Of a stretch of 64,000 nucleotides of DNA, positions 1 through 12,990 are shown piece after piece (within the stretch, counting starts at the first letter, position 1; each line of letters opens with the position of its first letter). The translations under genes were made by a program, and so were the position numbers. The notes under the pieces were generated by a model, which did not search any database, was not told the DNA's origin, and worked only from the letters and a program-made list of their open reading frames with translations. This stretch comes from Octopus vulgaris (taxonomy: Eukaryota), in NCBI GenBank assembly GCA_951406725.2, contig OX597814.1, positions 193,254,001-193,318,000 of the forward strand, read 5' to 3'.

Positions 1-67
1 CCTTTCTTTTCATACTTCATACACAATCTGTGCGCATACACCTACGCTCGCGAACAAACACTCACAT

Positions 68-132
<65 letters not shown>

Positions 133-795
133 CACACACACACACATACGTACACACACACAAAGACACAAATATTCTCGCACACACACACATACGCATA
201 CTTAAACGCACACAAATACTCTCTCGCGCACACATACACACACATACATACACATGCACAAAGGCACACAAATACTCACACACACACACACACCAACACA
301 CACGCACACACAAACACACACCGACAATCGTGCACATGCACCAACCAACGCACATATATACACACGTACGCTTTCTTTCTTGCCTTTTTTCTCTCTCTCT
401 CTCTTACACACACTCACCCGTACTTACACACACATACATACATACATACATACACACATACATATATGCATACATATATACTTAGATACACATATACACA
501 CACATACACATATACACACGTATATACATACGCGCATACATACATACATACATACACACATACATGTATGCATACATATATACTTAGATACACATATACA
601 CACATACATACACACATACATACATACATACATACATACATACATACATACATACAAACATACACATACATACATACATACGCGCATACATACATACATA
701 CATACATACATACATACATACATACATACATACATACATACATACATACGCACGAACAGATCCACTCTAACACCCAAACATACAAATACATACAT
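1..795. repeat. Compound (CA)n/(TACA)n microsatellite
   Basis: Direct reading; it explains all HT/YIHT-type ORFs here. Confidence 0.97.
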
Positions 796-1519
796 AAATA
801 AATTCTTTATGAATCAACACATTTACATACAGTGCTCACATTGTCAAAATTAAATGAAAGTATATATATGAAAAAGTAAAACAAACAACAACAACAACAA
901 ACTTTATGGAAAAACTCTGTACGTAAACTTGGTTAGAATCTTCAATATTTTAATAATCCTACTTATACAAGCAGTCAATGATGCCATTTTGACAAAAGTG
1001 GAAAATCGACAGCTCAAAATGTCATTTGAGGCGCCTTTAGTTGAAGCAAGTTGAATGCAAAAGACATTGAAGGAAGAAGGCGAGAGAGAGAGGGTGGGGG
1101 TGACAGAGAGGTGGAAAGAGAGCGAAGGATTAGAAAATATAGGTCAATTCTATTGACCGCTGGACTTGGCTGTCTCCGAGTACGAGCGTATAACATATTT
1201 ATTTGCCAGGCTTTTGACTAGCGCAGATCTGATGTATGGATTAATGGCTGTCGAGATGAAAGTACTAAATTAAGTTAAGCATATTGCAATGGGCAGGCTA
1301 GTTAGCTGGTTGGCTTATTATTTCCTGTTATTTAGATGGTCATCTTTCAGAGGGCGATAATTAATTGAAGACACCCTCACTCCCCTTCTTCTAGTCTCGC
1401 AATAATTCGCACACATTTTGTTGCTAAATCCCTTTTGAATTCTATCGTCTGCGGTGTTTGTCATTAAGATGTAGCACCATAAAAATGAAAAAAAAAAAAA
1501 AAAAAAAGACAGAAAAGAA

Positions 1520-2260
1520 AGTATTTCTTCTTCCTCTCCCTCTTCATCTTTTCTTTCTCCCCTCTGTATTCTTCTTCTTTTTTCCTCTTTCTCCTCCTCC
1601 ACCTCCTTCGCCTCTTCTTCCATTTCTCCCCTTCTCTTTCTCCATTCATCTACTTTGCCTCCTCTTCATCTTCCTTCATTTTCTCTTCCATTTCTTCTTT
1701 CATTTCTTCTCTTTCTTCATACATCGCATCCAATTTCCTCCTCCTCTCTTCTTCTTCTTTTCTTCTTTTTTTTGTTTTTCTTCTTCTTCTTTTTTGTTGT
1801 TGTTCTTCATCTTCTTTTTCTTCTTTTTTGTTGTTGTTCTTCTTTTTCTTCTCCTTCTTCTCCTTCCTCCTATTCTCCTTCTTTTTCTTTCTTCTTCTTC
1901 TTCTTCTCCTTCCTCCTATTCTCCTTCTTTTTCTTCTTCTTTTCTTCTTTTTTTTTGTTTTTCTTCTTTTTTGTTGTTATTCTTCATCTTCTTTTTCTTC
2001 TTTTTGTTGTTGTTGTTGTTGTAGTTCTTCTTCTTCTTCTTCGCCTCCTCCTTCTTCTCCTTCCTCCTATTCTCCTTCTTTTTCTTCTTCTTTTTCTCTT
2101 TCTTCCTATTCTTCTTCTTCTTCTTCTTCTTCTTCTTCTTCTTCTTCTTCTCCTTCTCCTTCTCCTCCTCCTCCTCCTCCTCCTTTTCTTCTTCGTCTCC
2201 TCCTCCTTTTCCTCCTCTTCCCTCTTGCTTCTTCTTTCATCACCACCACCATTCTTAATA
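1520..2260. repeat. Polypyrimidine low-complexity tract, (CTT)n/(CCT)n/(GTT)n
   Basis: Direct reading; internal degenerate repeat ctccttcctcctattctccttcttttt occurs three times. Confidence 0.95.
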
Positions 2261-2548
2261 TTCACTTCTTAGCTATCACTTTCCTAAATCGAAACCTACT
2301 TTATATAATAACGACACCAAACGAATGGTTTTTTGAATGTTTTCAAATTAAGACGTTTCAACGCTATACAACACGACTTCACAGACATATCGCTTCAAGA
2401 TGCTCACTTTCAATGTAAAAATCTATAACCCTTAAAAATTACTTTTATTGGGAACACATCTGCTTCGGAATTTTATTTATTTATTAATTTCAGAGTTTGA
2501 TTTCATTTGTCGATTCGGCTATTCCCGATATACTGAAGTTACTTTATG

Positions 2549-3298
<750 letters not shown>

Positions 3299-3528
3299 CA
3301 GAACGACAATAAGCAATGCGACAGATGGGCGCATCTGGAAAATAATTTTGATTTACGTCAGAGAATTCGTTGAAAATGTTCATTTTAGTAAAACTGAAAT
3401 TTAATTGGATTTCAGCCTTACATTTCAAAATTTAGTTATGAATTGCGACTGCTTCATCACCGTTTCCTGTTTGTCGATATATTTCCTTCGGCGCACTTTC
3501 TCCTTTATTAACAATTATAGTTGATTCA

Positions 3529-3820
3529 GTGAAAGCGCGTGGCTTAGTGGTTAGGGTATTCGGGTCACAGTCGTAAGGTCGTGTGTTCAATTCCCGGCGG
3601 CTCGTTGTCTCCTTGAGCAAGACACTTTATTTCACGCCACACCAGCCCACTCAGCTGGCAAAAATAAGTTGTACCTGTAAATCAAAAGACCAATTTTGTC
3701 ACATTCTGTCATGCTACTTTTGTATCTGTGGAATACTCAACCACTTGCACGTTAATTTCACAAGCAGCTTGTTCCGTTGATTGAATCAACTCGTCGTCGC
3801 AACCAACGGAGAGCCAGGCA
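3529..3820 (+). mobile_element. tRNA-derived CORE-like SINE, variant of family B
   Basis: A box tggcttagtggttagg, B box gttcaattcc, CORE-like ccttgagcaagacactttatttcac. Confidence 0.75.
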
Positions 3821-3869
3821 TAGTTGATACAGTCTAAAACCTAATCGTATCATTTCCATGGCTGTTGTT

Positions 3870-4308
3870 ATTCTTCTTCTTCCAATCAGGACTCACGCCA
3901 TTAGCCACAAAGAATAATCTCTAATTCGAGCCTACTCTAAGCTACTAAGAATGCGTGTGGCAACTTGAAGATCCATCCACCACACGCGATAGACTGGCGG
4001 TTGCATGGGTGCAAAAGCTACGTTGTTATCCATATTCTGTAAACGGTGGCTTTTAACGGGTGAAGAGCTGAACCATCCTGGGGTACAGAGGATTCGCAAT
4101 CTAGACTAGGGTCTGAAAGTTTACCACACCATAGTGGGTTACACCATGGTTCCTCTGCTTTGGTAGGAAGAAAGAGTGAGAGAAAGTTGTGGTGAGGCTT
4201 AGGTGTTTTTGCTCAATAAACACTCACATTGCTCGGTCTGGGAATCGAAACCGCGTTCTTATGACCGCGAGTCCACTGCCCTAACCACTGGGCCATTGCG
4301 CCTCCACT
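3870..4308 (-). mobile_element. tRNA-derived SINE family D with long tail
   Basis: Minus-strand head gtggaggcgcaatggcccagtggttagggcag...gtttcgattccc; TSD atggctgttgt at 3858-3868 and 4309-4319. Confidence 0.85.
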
Positions 4309-4890
4309 ATGGCTGTTGTCGTTGTTGTTGTTGTTGTGGTGGTTACTGCTATGCTTTCTGATCAGTCAAACTTAAGACCAATAACATTCTAGTATTAAAG
4401 CATTTTATGTGTTTTCTATAGCCAGTTTGTTGGACAGTTTTGTTTAGAATGGAACAAAAATAAGGTTAGAAGCAAAAATACACAATTAGTTTGATAGACA
4501 CACATTTAAAAATGGTTTTGTTTCATTGATCCTTACAACTAACGGTCTTTTCAGTAACCGTTTGCATGCAATAACAAATTGCGGTATAAAATCATATTAT
4601 TATAAAAATCGAAGAAAACCTTAAATCAAAAATAGCTTATAAAGAAGGACAGAGCCTGAATACCCAGGGTAAATAATTAGCTGTAAAATATTAATCAATT
4701 GATAAATTAAAAGATATATCCGTTTAAAAATTTTTACGCTAGATTACATTTAGCAGTATACAGACATACCTAACTATCTATAATGTACATATATGCACTA
4801 AACATACAGACGCAGGTACATGACTATATACATATACAGACATATATAGGTAAGACATAAATACATATACAAATGCATATATATGTATGC

Positions 4891-5137
4891 GTGGAGGCGC
4901 ATGGCTTAGTGGTTAGGGTGTCAGTATCATGATCGTAAGATTGTGGTTTCAATTCCTGGACCGGGCGACGCGTTGTGTTCTTGAGCATAACACTTCATTT
5001 CACGTTGCTCCAGTCCACTCAGCTGGCAAAAATGAGTAACGCTGCGATGGACTGGCGTCCCGTCCAGCTGGGTAACACATGCGCCATTGAAACCGGGAAA
5101 CCGGGACCATGAGCCTGGCTAGGCTTTAAAAGGGCGA

Positions 5138-5177
<40 letters not shown>
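4891..5177 (+). mobile_element. Full-length CORE-like SINE family B
   Basis: A/B boxes, CORE-like block, (TTA)n tail, 10-bp TSD atatgtatgc at 4881-4890 and 5178-5187; near-identical copies at 10087, 34618 and 52666. Confidence 0.92.
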
Positions 5178-5181
<4 letters not shown>

Positions 5182-5483
5182 GTATGCACGCACACAAAAT
5201 TTCCTGGCGTATGCTTATATAAGTTAGTTGTTACAGGCGAAAGAAAGAGGAAAAAATCAGAAAATAGTAGGTGTGGGGGGGAGATAACAGTGGAAAAGAA
5301 GAAAAAGAAATGAAAAAAGAGAAACAGAAAATTAGAGAGAAAGGAAAAAAGATATAGGGGTAGAGAGTGTTTCATGATGGCGCTCGAAAAGTATCTAAAG
5401 ATGTTTGGATACTTCGTTTAGCTTGCGCAACGAACACGTAAAGAAACGCGAACTTAAAATTACATGTAAATCTACATAAATAC

Positions 5484-5668
5484 AAACATCTCGCATCTCT
5501 GGTTCAAAGTATTTTTATCCTGGAACAGGATAAAGAACTTTTCCGAGAGGCAAAGGTTACATTTCATAGGTCTTTCATAAGCTCCGTGTCTGTATGCTGA
5601 TGCTTTTTCTAGAATTTCCCAGGTTACATTGAAAGGACAGGTGTCATTCTCTTTCAATTCCCAGACAG
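5484..5668 (-). pseudogene. Penelope-like element GIY-YIG endonuclease C-terminal relic
   Basis: VWELKEND..FNVTWEILEKASAY....KCNLCLSEKFFIL...LNQRCEMF matches the W-LK..WxI..CxLCxxEK..LNxRxE motif of invertebrate Penelope-like elements. Confidence 0.8.
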
Positions 5669-5836
5669 GCTAAACATAGAGGGGGCAAAGACAGACAAAG
5701 GGATTAAGTCGATTACATCGACCCCAGTACGTTACTGGCACTTATTTAGTCGACCGCGAAAGGATGAAAGGCTAAGTTGACCTCAGCGGAATTTTAACTT
5801 AGAACGAAATACCGGCAGACGAAATACCTATTTCTT
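5669..5836 (-). mobile_element. SINE family A copy, interrupted by a MITE and continuing at 6640-6670
   Basis: aaggatgaaaggctaagttgacctcagcggaatt = reverse complement of the family A core. Confidence 0.8.
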
Positions 5837-6639
5837 AGATCTTTTCCTTTTGAACGGCAGACAATTTCTAGTTAACTAAACACTTTAAAACTTCGTATAC
5901 TGGTAGAATGTGTCAAAATAAAACATTTTTTTCTCTTGTCTTTCTTGAGAAAATATTAATTTGTTTGTTTAACGTAGTTTAATTTTTCGAATTTTAACCA
6001 ATCCTATGCTCTCTTTTGAGCTAAAATCCTTTGCTGCGTCTAAAACTGAGACAACATCCTGTCACTAACCCTCAACCTAACCCTAACCCTAAATTTTTTT
6101 TTCTTAATTGTCAAATTAATTTAATTGTTACGCGTGTAAAAAAAAAAACGAAAGCAATGGAAAATAATTTAAACAATTAACAAACAAAATAATTCTATAA
6201 TTTTATACACACATTTCCGTAACACACGCTTTCCGTATACGTACGGAAAGCGTGTGTATAAAATTATAGAATTATTTTGTTCGTTAATTGTTTAAATTAT
6301 TTTCCTTTGCTTTCGTTTTTTTTACACGCGTAACAAATTAATTTAACAATTAAGAAAAAAATTAGGGTTAGGGTTAGGGAGAGGTTTAGGGTTAGTGACA
6401 GGATGTTGTCTCAGTTTTAGACGCAGCAAATGATTTTAGTTGAATGGAGGTAATCAATTGGTTAAAATTGCCGAAATGCTCGGATTTTCAGACGAAATAT
6501 CTTACAAACTATAGAATTTTCTCAATAAAGCCAAGAGAAAATGATGTTTTATAAACACATTCTACCAGTATACGAAGTTTAAAACTTTTTAGTTACCTAG
6601 AAATTACGTTACAAACTGCCGTTCAAAAGGAAAAGATCC
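5837..6639. mobile_element. Fold-back MITE (~800 bp, almost wholly palindromic), Merlin-like
   Basis: TIR gatcttttccttttgaacggcag / ctgccgttcaaaaggaaaagatcc; 8-bp TSD tatttctt (5829-5836, 6640-6647); symmetry centre near 6240; (CCCTAA)n in the left arm, (TTAGGG)n in the right. Confidence 0.9.
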
Positions 6640-7094
6640 TATTTCTTTACTACCCACAAGGGGCTAAACCTAGTCACTTTGTTCGGGTAAAGCTTACTGA
6701 AATAAGTAAAAGATGCATTCATTTTTCTTTTGAACGAATAAAGCATTACAACAGTTCAGTTGGTAAAGTGGCAAACTCGCATAGCTTCGTGTCTGTTGCT
6801 TTCCTGTTGCAACATAAGAAATCACGTAACTTAACACTTCACAATTTCATGCCCAATCAAAAGCTAGTTGTGTATTTTGTTAAGACGTACGAGAAAAACA
6901 AACTGTAAATCCAAGCAATTACTAGTGACACTTCTGTCAGTTTATTTTAGACAACTTTAGCTTAAAATCACACAGAAACAACATTGTATGAACATTTTTT
7001 TGAAATCACTTTCTCTCTTTTGTAATGTTTCTGGCTTCTTTACTTTATTAGCCAAATATCTTAAAGTTGGTGGAGCAATATGTTACTACGAGTT

Positions 7095-7282
7095 AAGGCG
7101 ACGAGCTAGCTGAAACGTTAGCGCGCCGGGCGAAATGCCTAGCGGTATTTCGTCTGCCGCTACGTTGTGAGTTCAAATTCCGCCGAGGTCAACTTTGTCA
7201 TTATTCCTTTCGGGGTCGATAAATTAAGTACCAGTTACGCACTGGGGTCGATATAATCGACTTAATCCGTTTGTCTGTCCTT
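7095..7282 (+). mobile_element. tRNA-derived SINE family A
   Basis: aaggcgacgagctagctgaaacgttagc...gagttcaaattccgccgaggtcaactttg...cctttcggggtcgataaattaagtaccag. Confidence 0.9.
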
Positions 7283-7343
7283 GGGTGGGGGGCAAACACA
7301 GACACACAAACATACACACACACACACACACACATACACACAT

Positions 7344-7382
<39 letters not shown>

Positions 7383-7520
7383 CGACGGGCTTCTTTCAGT
7401 CTCCGTCTACCAAATCCACTCACAAGGCTTTGGTCGGCTCGAGGCTAGAGTAGATGACACTTGCCCAAGGTGCCACGCAGTGGGACTGAACCCGGAACCA
7501 TGTGGTTGGTAAGCAAGCTA
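7283..7520 (-). mobile_element. SINE family C, partial, abutting the family A copy
   Basis: cacttgcccaaggtgccacgcagtgggactgaacccggaaccatgtggttggtaagcaagcta. Confidence 0.85.
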
Positions 7521-9361
7521 CACATACACGCACACACAAATATATATCTACGGCTGGCATCTATACAGATTCAGTTAACCAAATCCTTAAAGGATAGGAT
7601 TTTTTATTATTTATTTCATCATTTTATAACTTATTCGGTGAGCAACAACATCGTTTGTTACAAATTTCTGTTAGAAACTTGTAACAAACGACATCTTACG
7701 GTATTTCGACGGTAAGAGTAACACAGGATTGTTTATGCAACACGGGCGAAGCAAATGCTACACAAGGGATTTCCGTTTAAATGTGATGATTTATCGATTT
7801 TCTCACCCATGTTGACATCTTCAGCTGATTTACACCAATGAAATATATATACATGCACACGTATAAAGTAGATGGATATCCGTCGCTTTCATTGATGAGT
7901 ATGCAATGTTTTATCAGCTGAACTAGTTTCTCATTGAATTAATGTGTGAAGTAGTTGAGTATACCGCAGAAACGTAATTTTCTGGCAAAACCAATATAAT
8001 TGGGTTTATTTTTTACCTTTTGCATGTTTCAGTCACTGGACTGCGGCCATGATGGGGCAGCACCTTGAAGAATTTTTGTCGAATAAATCGACCCCAGTAC
8101 TTATTTATTGTTTAAGCCTGGTACTTATTCCGTCGGTCTCTTTTGCCGAACCGTTTAGTTACGGGGACGTTGTACCCGTATTTCGAAGGGCCAGCTTTGT
8201 CACATTCTGTGTCACGCTGAATCCCCTTGAGAAGTACGTTAAGGCTACGATTGCCTGTGGAGTGCTCAGCCACCTCTCTTTTACTCTCTTTTACTTGTTT
8301 CAGTCATTTGACTGTAGCCATGCTGGAGCACCGCCTTTAGTCGAGCAAATCGACCCCAGGACTTATTCTTGGTAAGCCTAGTACATATTCTATCGGTCTC
8401 TTTCGCCGAACCGTTGAGTTACGGGGATGTAAACATACCAACAACGGTTGTCAAGCGGTGCCCATAGTAGAAAGAATTATTATTGCTCCAGGGAAAAAAA
8501 GCGGTGAACTGGTTGAATGGTTAGCAAGTCCAACGAAATGTTTTACAGCATATCTTCTGACACAGTTATGAGTTCAAATCCTGTTGAGGTCGACTTTGCC
8601 TTTTGTAGTTTCGGGGTCGATAAAATAAGTACCAGTTAATAACTGAGGTCGGTGTAGTCGACTAGCCCCGTTCTTTAAAACTTCAGGCCTTGTACCTATA
8701 GAAGAGAGAATTATTCCTGCTTTTGGGAAAGATTGCATATCCCAAAATTTAGATTCCTTTTCTTTGAGGTAGTGAACATTCTCGCCTATATGAGAACTCA
8801 CAATCTAGTGGACTTAAAGAAACCGTAGTGATTGATAGCAATGTTATATTGACTAGACGTTATTTAAACAACCGTTAAATGCTATGGTCAATTAAATGAA
8901 GTTATAAAATGGAGACTATAAAAACATGTTTTTAAAAAAATATTGTTCTGGTGAAAACAGACTTAATAAAAACACCATATTAAAAACATAAATATATGTT
9001 TTCAACTAAATGACAGGAATAATTAATGACCTGGCATATTAAAATGTTGTAGAAGAATGTAAAAAATTGAAAATGAAAAAAATACAAACAACTATAACCT
9101 ATAAAAAAATATTGTTTCTTCATTGCAAAACTCTATAGACACATAGACACTTGAATCTGGGCGTGCAATTAGTGGTATGTTTTGGCAAGTGTTAAGTCAA
9201 TTTAGAAAATTATAATATATAAACTGAGTGATATTACTGAGCTGTAAAAGGCGGAGAGCTGGCAGAATCGTTACTGCGCCGGAAAAGATGTCCGGTATTT
9301 TTTCTGGCTTTCTTTCGGGGTCGATAAGAATAAAGTAACAGTCAGGTACTTTTTTTCTTCT

Positions 9362-9576
9362 TTTCTTTTACTTGGTTCAGTCATTTGACTGCGGTCATGC
9401 TGGAGCACCGCCTTTAGTCGAGCAAATCGACCGCATGACTTATTCTTTGTAAGCCTAGTACTTATTCTATCGGTGTCTTTTGCCGAACCGCTAAGACGTA
9501 AACACACCAGCATCGGTTGTCAAGCGATGTTGTGGGGGACAAACACACACACACACACATACATACACACACACAC

Positions 9577-9644
<68 letters not shown>

Positions 9645-9813
9645 TACGACGGGCTTTTTTCAGTTTCCGTCTACCAAATCCTCTCACAAGGCTTTGGTCA
9701 GCCCGAGGCTATAGTAGAATACCCTTGCCCAAGGTACTACGCAGTGGGACCGAACCCGGAACTATGTGGTTGGCAAGCAAGCGACTTACCACACTTCCGA
9801 CACAGCCACTCCT
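9362..9813 (-). mobile_element. SINE family C (CORE-like, internal TA/CA microsatellite)
   Basis: Same head, CORE-like block and 3' module as copies at 14215, 20575, 40225, 45500 and 48843. Confidence 0.9.
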
Positions 9814-10086
9814 GGCATCGATGTAATCAACTTACTCAAAAAAAAAAAATGCTAGCCTTGTGTCAAAATTTGAAACAATATTGGTGAGCTGTGAGATTCA
9901 GGGGACTACATTCAAAATGTAGATAATTTTCTTGCCAAGGCTTACTAAGATGCACCCCAACCTTTTTTTTTTTAGCTTTGTTTTCTATAAGAATGAGAGT
10001 ATTAGAGAGCCGGACAGATAGCATGTCGTATTACTTACCGAAGATTTTGTATTTTGAGACCAGCGTTATGCTCTCCCTAAGGCAAT

Positions 10087-10348
10087 GTGGAGGCGCGTGG
10101 CTTAGTGGTTAGGGTGTCAGCTTCATGATCGTAAGATTGTGGTTTCGATTCCTTGACCGGGCGACGCGTTGTGCTCTTGAGCAAAATGTGTCATTTCACG
10201 TTGCTCCAGTCCACTCAGCTGGCAAAAATGAGTAACGCTACAATGGACTGGCGTCCCGTCCAGATGGGGAACACATACGCCATTGAAACTGGGAAACCGG
10301 GCCCATGAGCCTGGCTAGGCTTTAAAAGAGCGCATTTATTTTATTTTT
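10087..10348 (+). mobile_element. SINE family B
   Basis: Near-identical to 4891-5140; flanked by taaggcaa. Confidence 0.9.
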
Positions 10349-10699
10349 AAGGCAAGGCAATATATATCTATCGCTTAAATCTCCGAGTAAACCGCACTGT
10401 AAGACAAAGTAAGATGAGCTCACTGCCGTAAAACTACTTAGTACCGTGACAGCTCGTAGTACTCACCTCAAATCATACCTTGAAAAGACTGTACTTTGTT
10501 CATCTACGTTGTCCCCTACATACATTTTATAAAGACAAAGTCTTAAATGGTGGCCCTTACATTCAGTGGATTATGGGACTGACCATCGTTTAAGGGATTT
10601 GATAATTCTCCAAGTTATAATCGAGCCTGTTTTACTTACTTCAGCAAGGGCGACATTATTTCGTTGTATGACTTTATCTTTACTTCAAAAGACATAACA

Positions 10700-11150
10700 C
10701 CACCTAAAATTGAGGTTAAGAAACTGTTATATATTGCCAACTGTCCTCTCCGGAGCAGAAACCTAGACACTGAAGACAGTAATGAAGAACACAGAATCCT
10801 TTGAAATGTGGTTCTTTCGCAGATTGGATAGAATAGGCTGGAAAGATTGGATAGAATAGGCTGGTTTTCTAGTACACTGCAGCACTGTGAAAGCTGAAAG
10901 ATCAAAGTCCATGGACTCATTGTCGAAAATCAACTCCAAAAAGCTATCATATTTGGGACATACAGTACGTCACGAGTCACTGCCCAAGACCATCCTGACA
11001 GGGAGTGTGGATGAGAAGAGAACCAGAAGTCATCAAGAAGGTTTGTAGAACAACGCCATCAAAGAATGGACCGGAAACAAAAACCTGGTTGGTTGTATGC
11101 ATGCAGAAAAACAGAGGGATCTTAGAGCTTCTTAGCAAGACGACTCCTGC
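10700..11150 (+). pseudogene. RTE-clade LINE reverse transcriptase C-terminal relic
   Basis: Broken frames give AET*TLK..ESFEMWFFRRL and KKLSYLGHTVRHESLPKTILTGSVDEKR, matching the RTE/BovB motifs ETWTL..EAFEMW.YRR and KL.YFGH..R....K.IL.G.V.GKR. Confidence 0.75.
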
Positions 11151-11399
11151 ACATAGCGAGGGTACCTGGCTGAAAATGGCGCTATAAGCAAAAAGCTAGG
11201 GAAGAATTTGTAACTTCCTAATATAACGTATCATCGTCCGTATTAATGATAATTAGAGAAAAAAGATCCCTAGGAAAAACATTACACAGTAAAGTTTATG
11301 AGTTTGGATAAATTCGTACAACATAGGGAGCACAGAATATTGGGGCTTCAAGATAGTCTCTTAGTCTGAAAGAACAAAAATTATCAACCGTTAAAGCCT

Positions 11400-11724
11400 T
11401 ATTTTCTCTCAGACGAAGGTTCTATCTCGAGACAAAATTTTTCTCTTCACTCCAAGACACACAGACTTATCCAAACTTAACAAACTTCACATATAGTTTA
11501 TATTATCCTATTATACAGTGCCTAATTATTGTATAGAACTTGTGAAAGTGATGGGGTACATTTAAGTATGGAATAAATTATTTATAAATTTTAGAGAAAT
11601 TTTGAAAATATAGAGACGTAGAGTGTTCCCCGTCACACGGTATTTTAAATTTGACGTCGATGTTACTTAGTTTGGTTTGAAATAACTTGATTAGCTTAAT
11701 AATCCTGCCGGGTTATACTGCTAG
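11400..11724 (+). mobile_element. Non-autonomous Helitron 3' portion
   Basis: Ends gccgggttatactgCTAG|t, like the Helitron 3' end at 53517; 5' end not resolved. Confidence 0.55.
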
Positions 11725-11918
11725 TTAAGAAATATTAATGCATCCTCCTCAGTCGTCTGTCGTTAATTACCCTCTCTCTCCCTCCCTCCCTCTTTCCCCC
11801 TCTCCCTCTCTCTCTCTATCTATCTATATATCTATCTCTTCCTTTCCCATTGCTTTCTCTTCCTCTATCCCCATCCTCCCTTCTTCACTCACACAAATCA
11901 CACGCTCAGAGTATATTA

Positions 11919-12312
11919 TTACCTCCGCCTTAACCAAGACAGAGATATTATTTTCAGTCGTGTTTGTTTTGTTTGTTTGTCCGTGGACAAGATATCTCAA
12001 GAACCGCTGGATGAATTCGGATGAAACTTTCAGGAGTGTTTCGCCTCGTGATTGGCAGTAACTGATTAGATTTTGGGATCGATCCAATATCAGACAAGGA
12101 TTCTGGATTATTTTTCTGTTTTTTTCTTTTTCTTTTTCTTTTTTGTTACTTAATTTTTGAGAGCGGTCGAGTTCATTTTTAGTATTCTTGTTTGTGAGAG
12201 CAGTCGAGTATATTTCAGATATTCTCATTTTAAAAAATCATCTCTGGCTAATCATTGAGAGGACATTGCTGTTGCATTGGCGGAAGTTCGCGCTCTCTGA
12301 GTGCTCTTGTTT
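11919..12312 (+). mobile_element. Helentron-associated non-autonomous element (HINE/DINE-1-like)
   Basis: 5' TT-acctccgcc subTIR, (GTTT)n tract, 3' ggcggaagt subTIR plus short stem-loop gcgctctctgagtgc and T-rich end; second copy at 22019-22357. Confidence 0.8.
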
Positions 12313-12573
12313 ATACTTGCTTCTCTTCCCCACCCCCATTACTTTTCTCTGTCCTTCAGTTATTTAATACATTACATCTCTAATTACTTCTCCTTATTGT
12401 AACTCCCTATCTTTCTTCCCACTTCCGTTTTCTCTCTTTATTACTTACGCTACTTTCTTCTTATTTTTCCTTTTTATTCTTTCTGTCTTTCACTTTCTGT
12501 TCGCTTCACAGCCTGTCTCACTAATATACTGACTGCTGGTCATTTCTCTCTTCCTCCACTTCCCACACTGTCA

Positions 12574-12574
<1 letters not shown>

Positions 12575-12634
<60 letters not shown>

Positions 12635-12673
12635 GCTATCTATCTAGCTAGCTAGCTATCCCTCCATCCATCC

Positions 12674-12756
<83 letters not shown>

Positions 12757-12805
12757 CATCCATCCATCTATCTTCTTCAGCCCTATGTATGGCCAATAAA
12801 GAAAG

Positions 12806-12854
<49 letters not shown>

Positions 12855-12950
12855 CATCCATCCATCTATCTTCTATCTATTCTTTTTATCTTCTCTTTAT
12901 TCTCTATTTCTTTCTTTCTGTCTCTTCTCTGTCTCTCGCTTGTCTCTCTA

Positions 12951-12988
<38 letters not shown>

Positions 12989-12990
12989 AA
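12575..12990. repeat. (TCTA)n/(TCCA)n/(TCTG)n microsatellites
   Basis: Direct reading. Confidence 0.95.

Noticed and set aside
30-853. Long His/Thr/Tyr/Ile or Cys/Val ORFs, here and at 19.5, 26.8-27.4, 54, 56.6-57.3 and 62 kb
   Set aside because: Translations of CA/TA/TACA microsatellites that lack stop codons; no coding complexity
4891-4965. tRNA-like sequences at SINE heads
   Set aside because: A and B boxes are present but there is no complete cloverleaf; they continue into SINE bodies with TSDs
6065-6400. TTAGGG/CCCTAA repeats as a telomere or fusion site
   Set aside because: Only 2-4 units, internal to TIR- and TSD-bounded MITEs
7790-7828. Minus-strand CTGAAGA..GAAA hammerhead-like string (a similar one near 2350-2385)
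   Set aside because: Stem III, cleavage triplet and stem I are not formed; likely chance or too decayed to call
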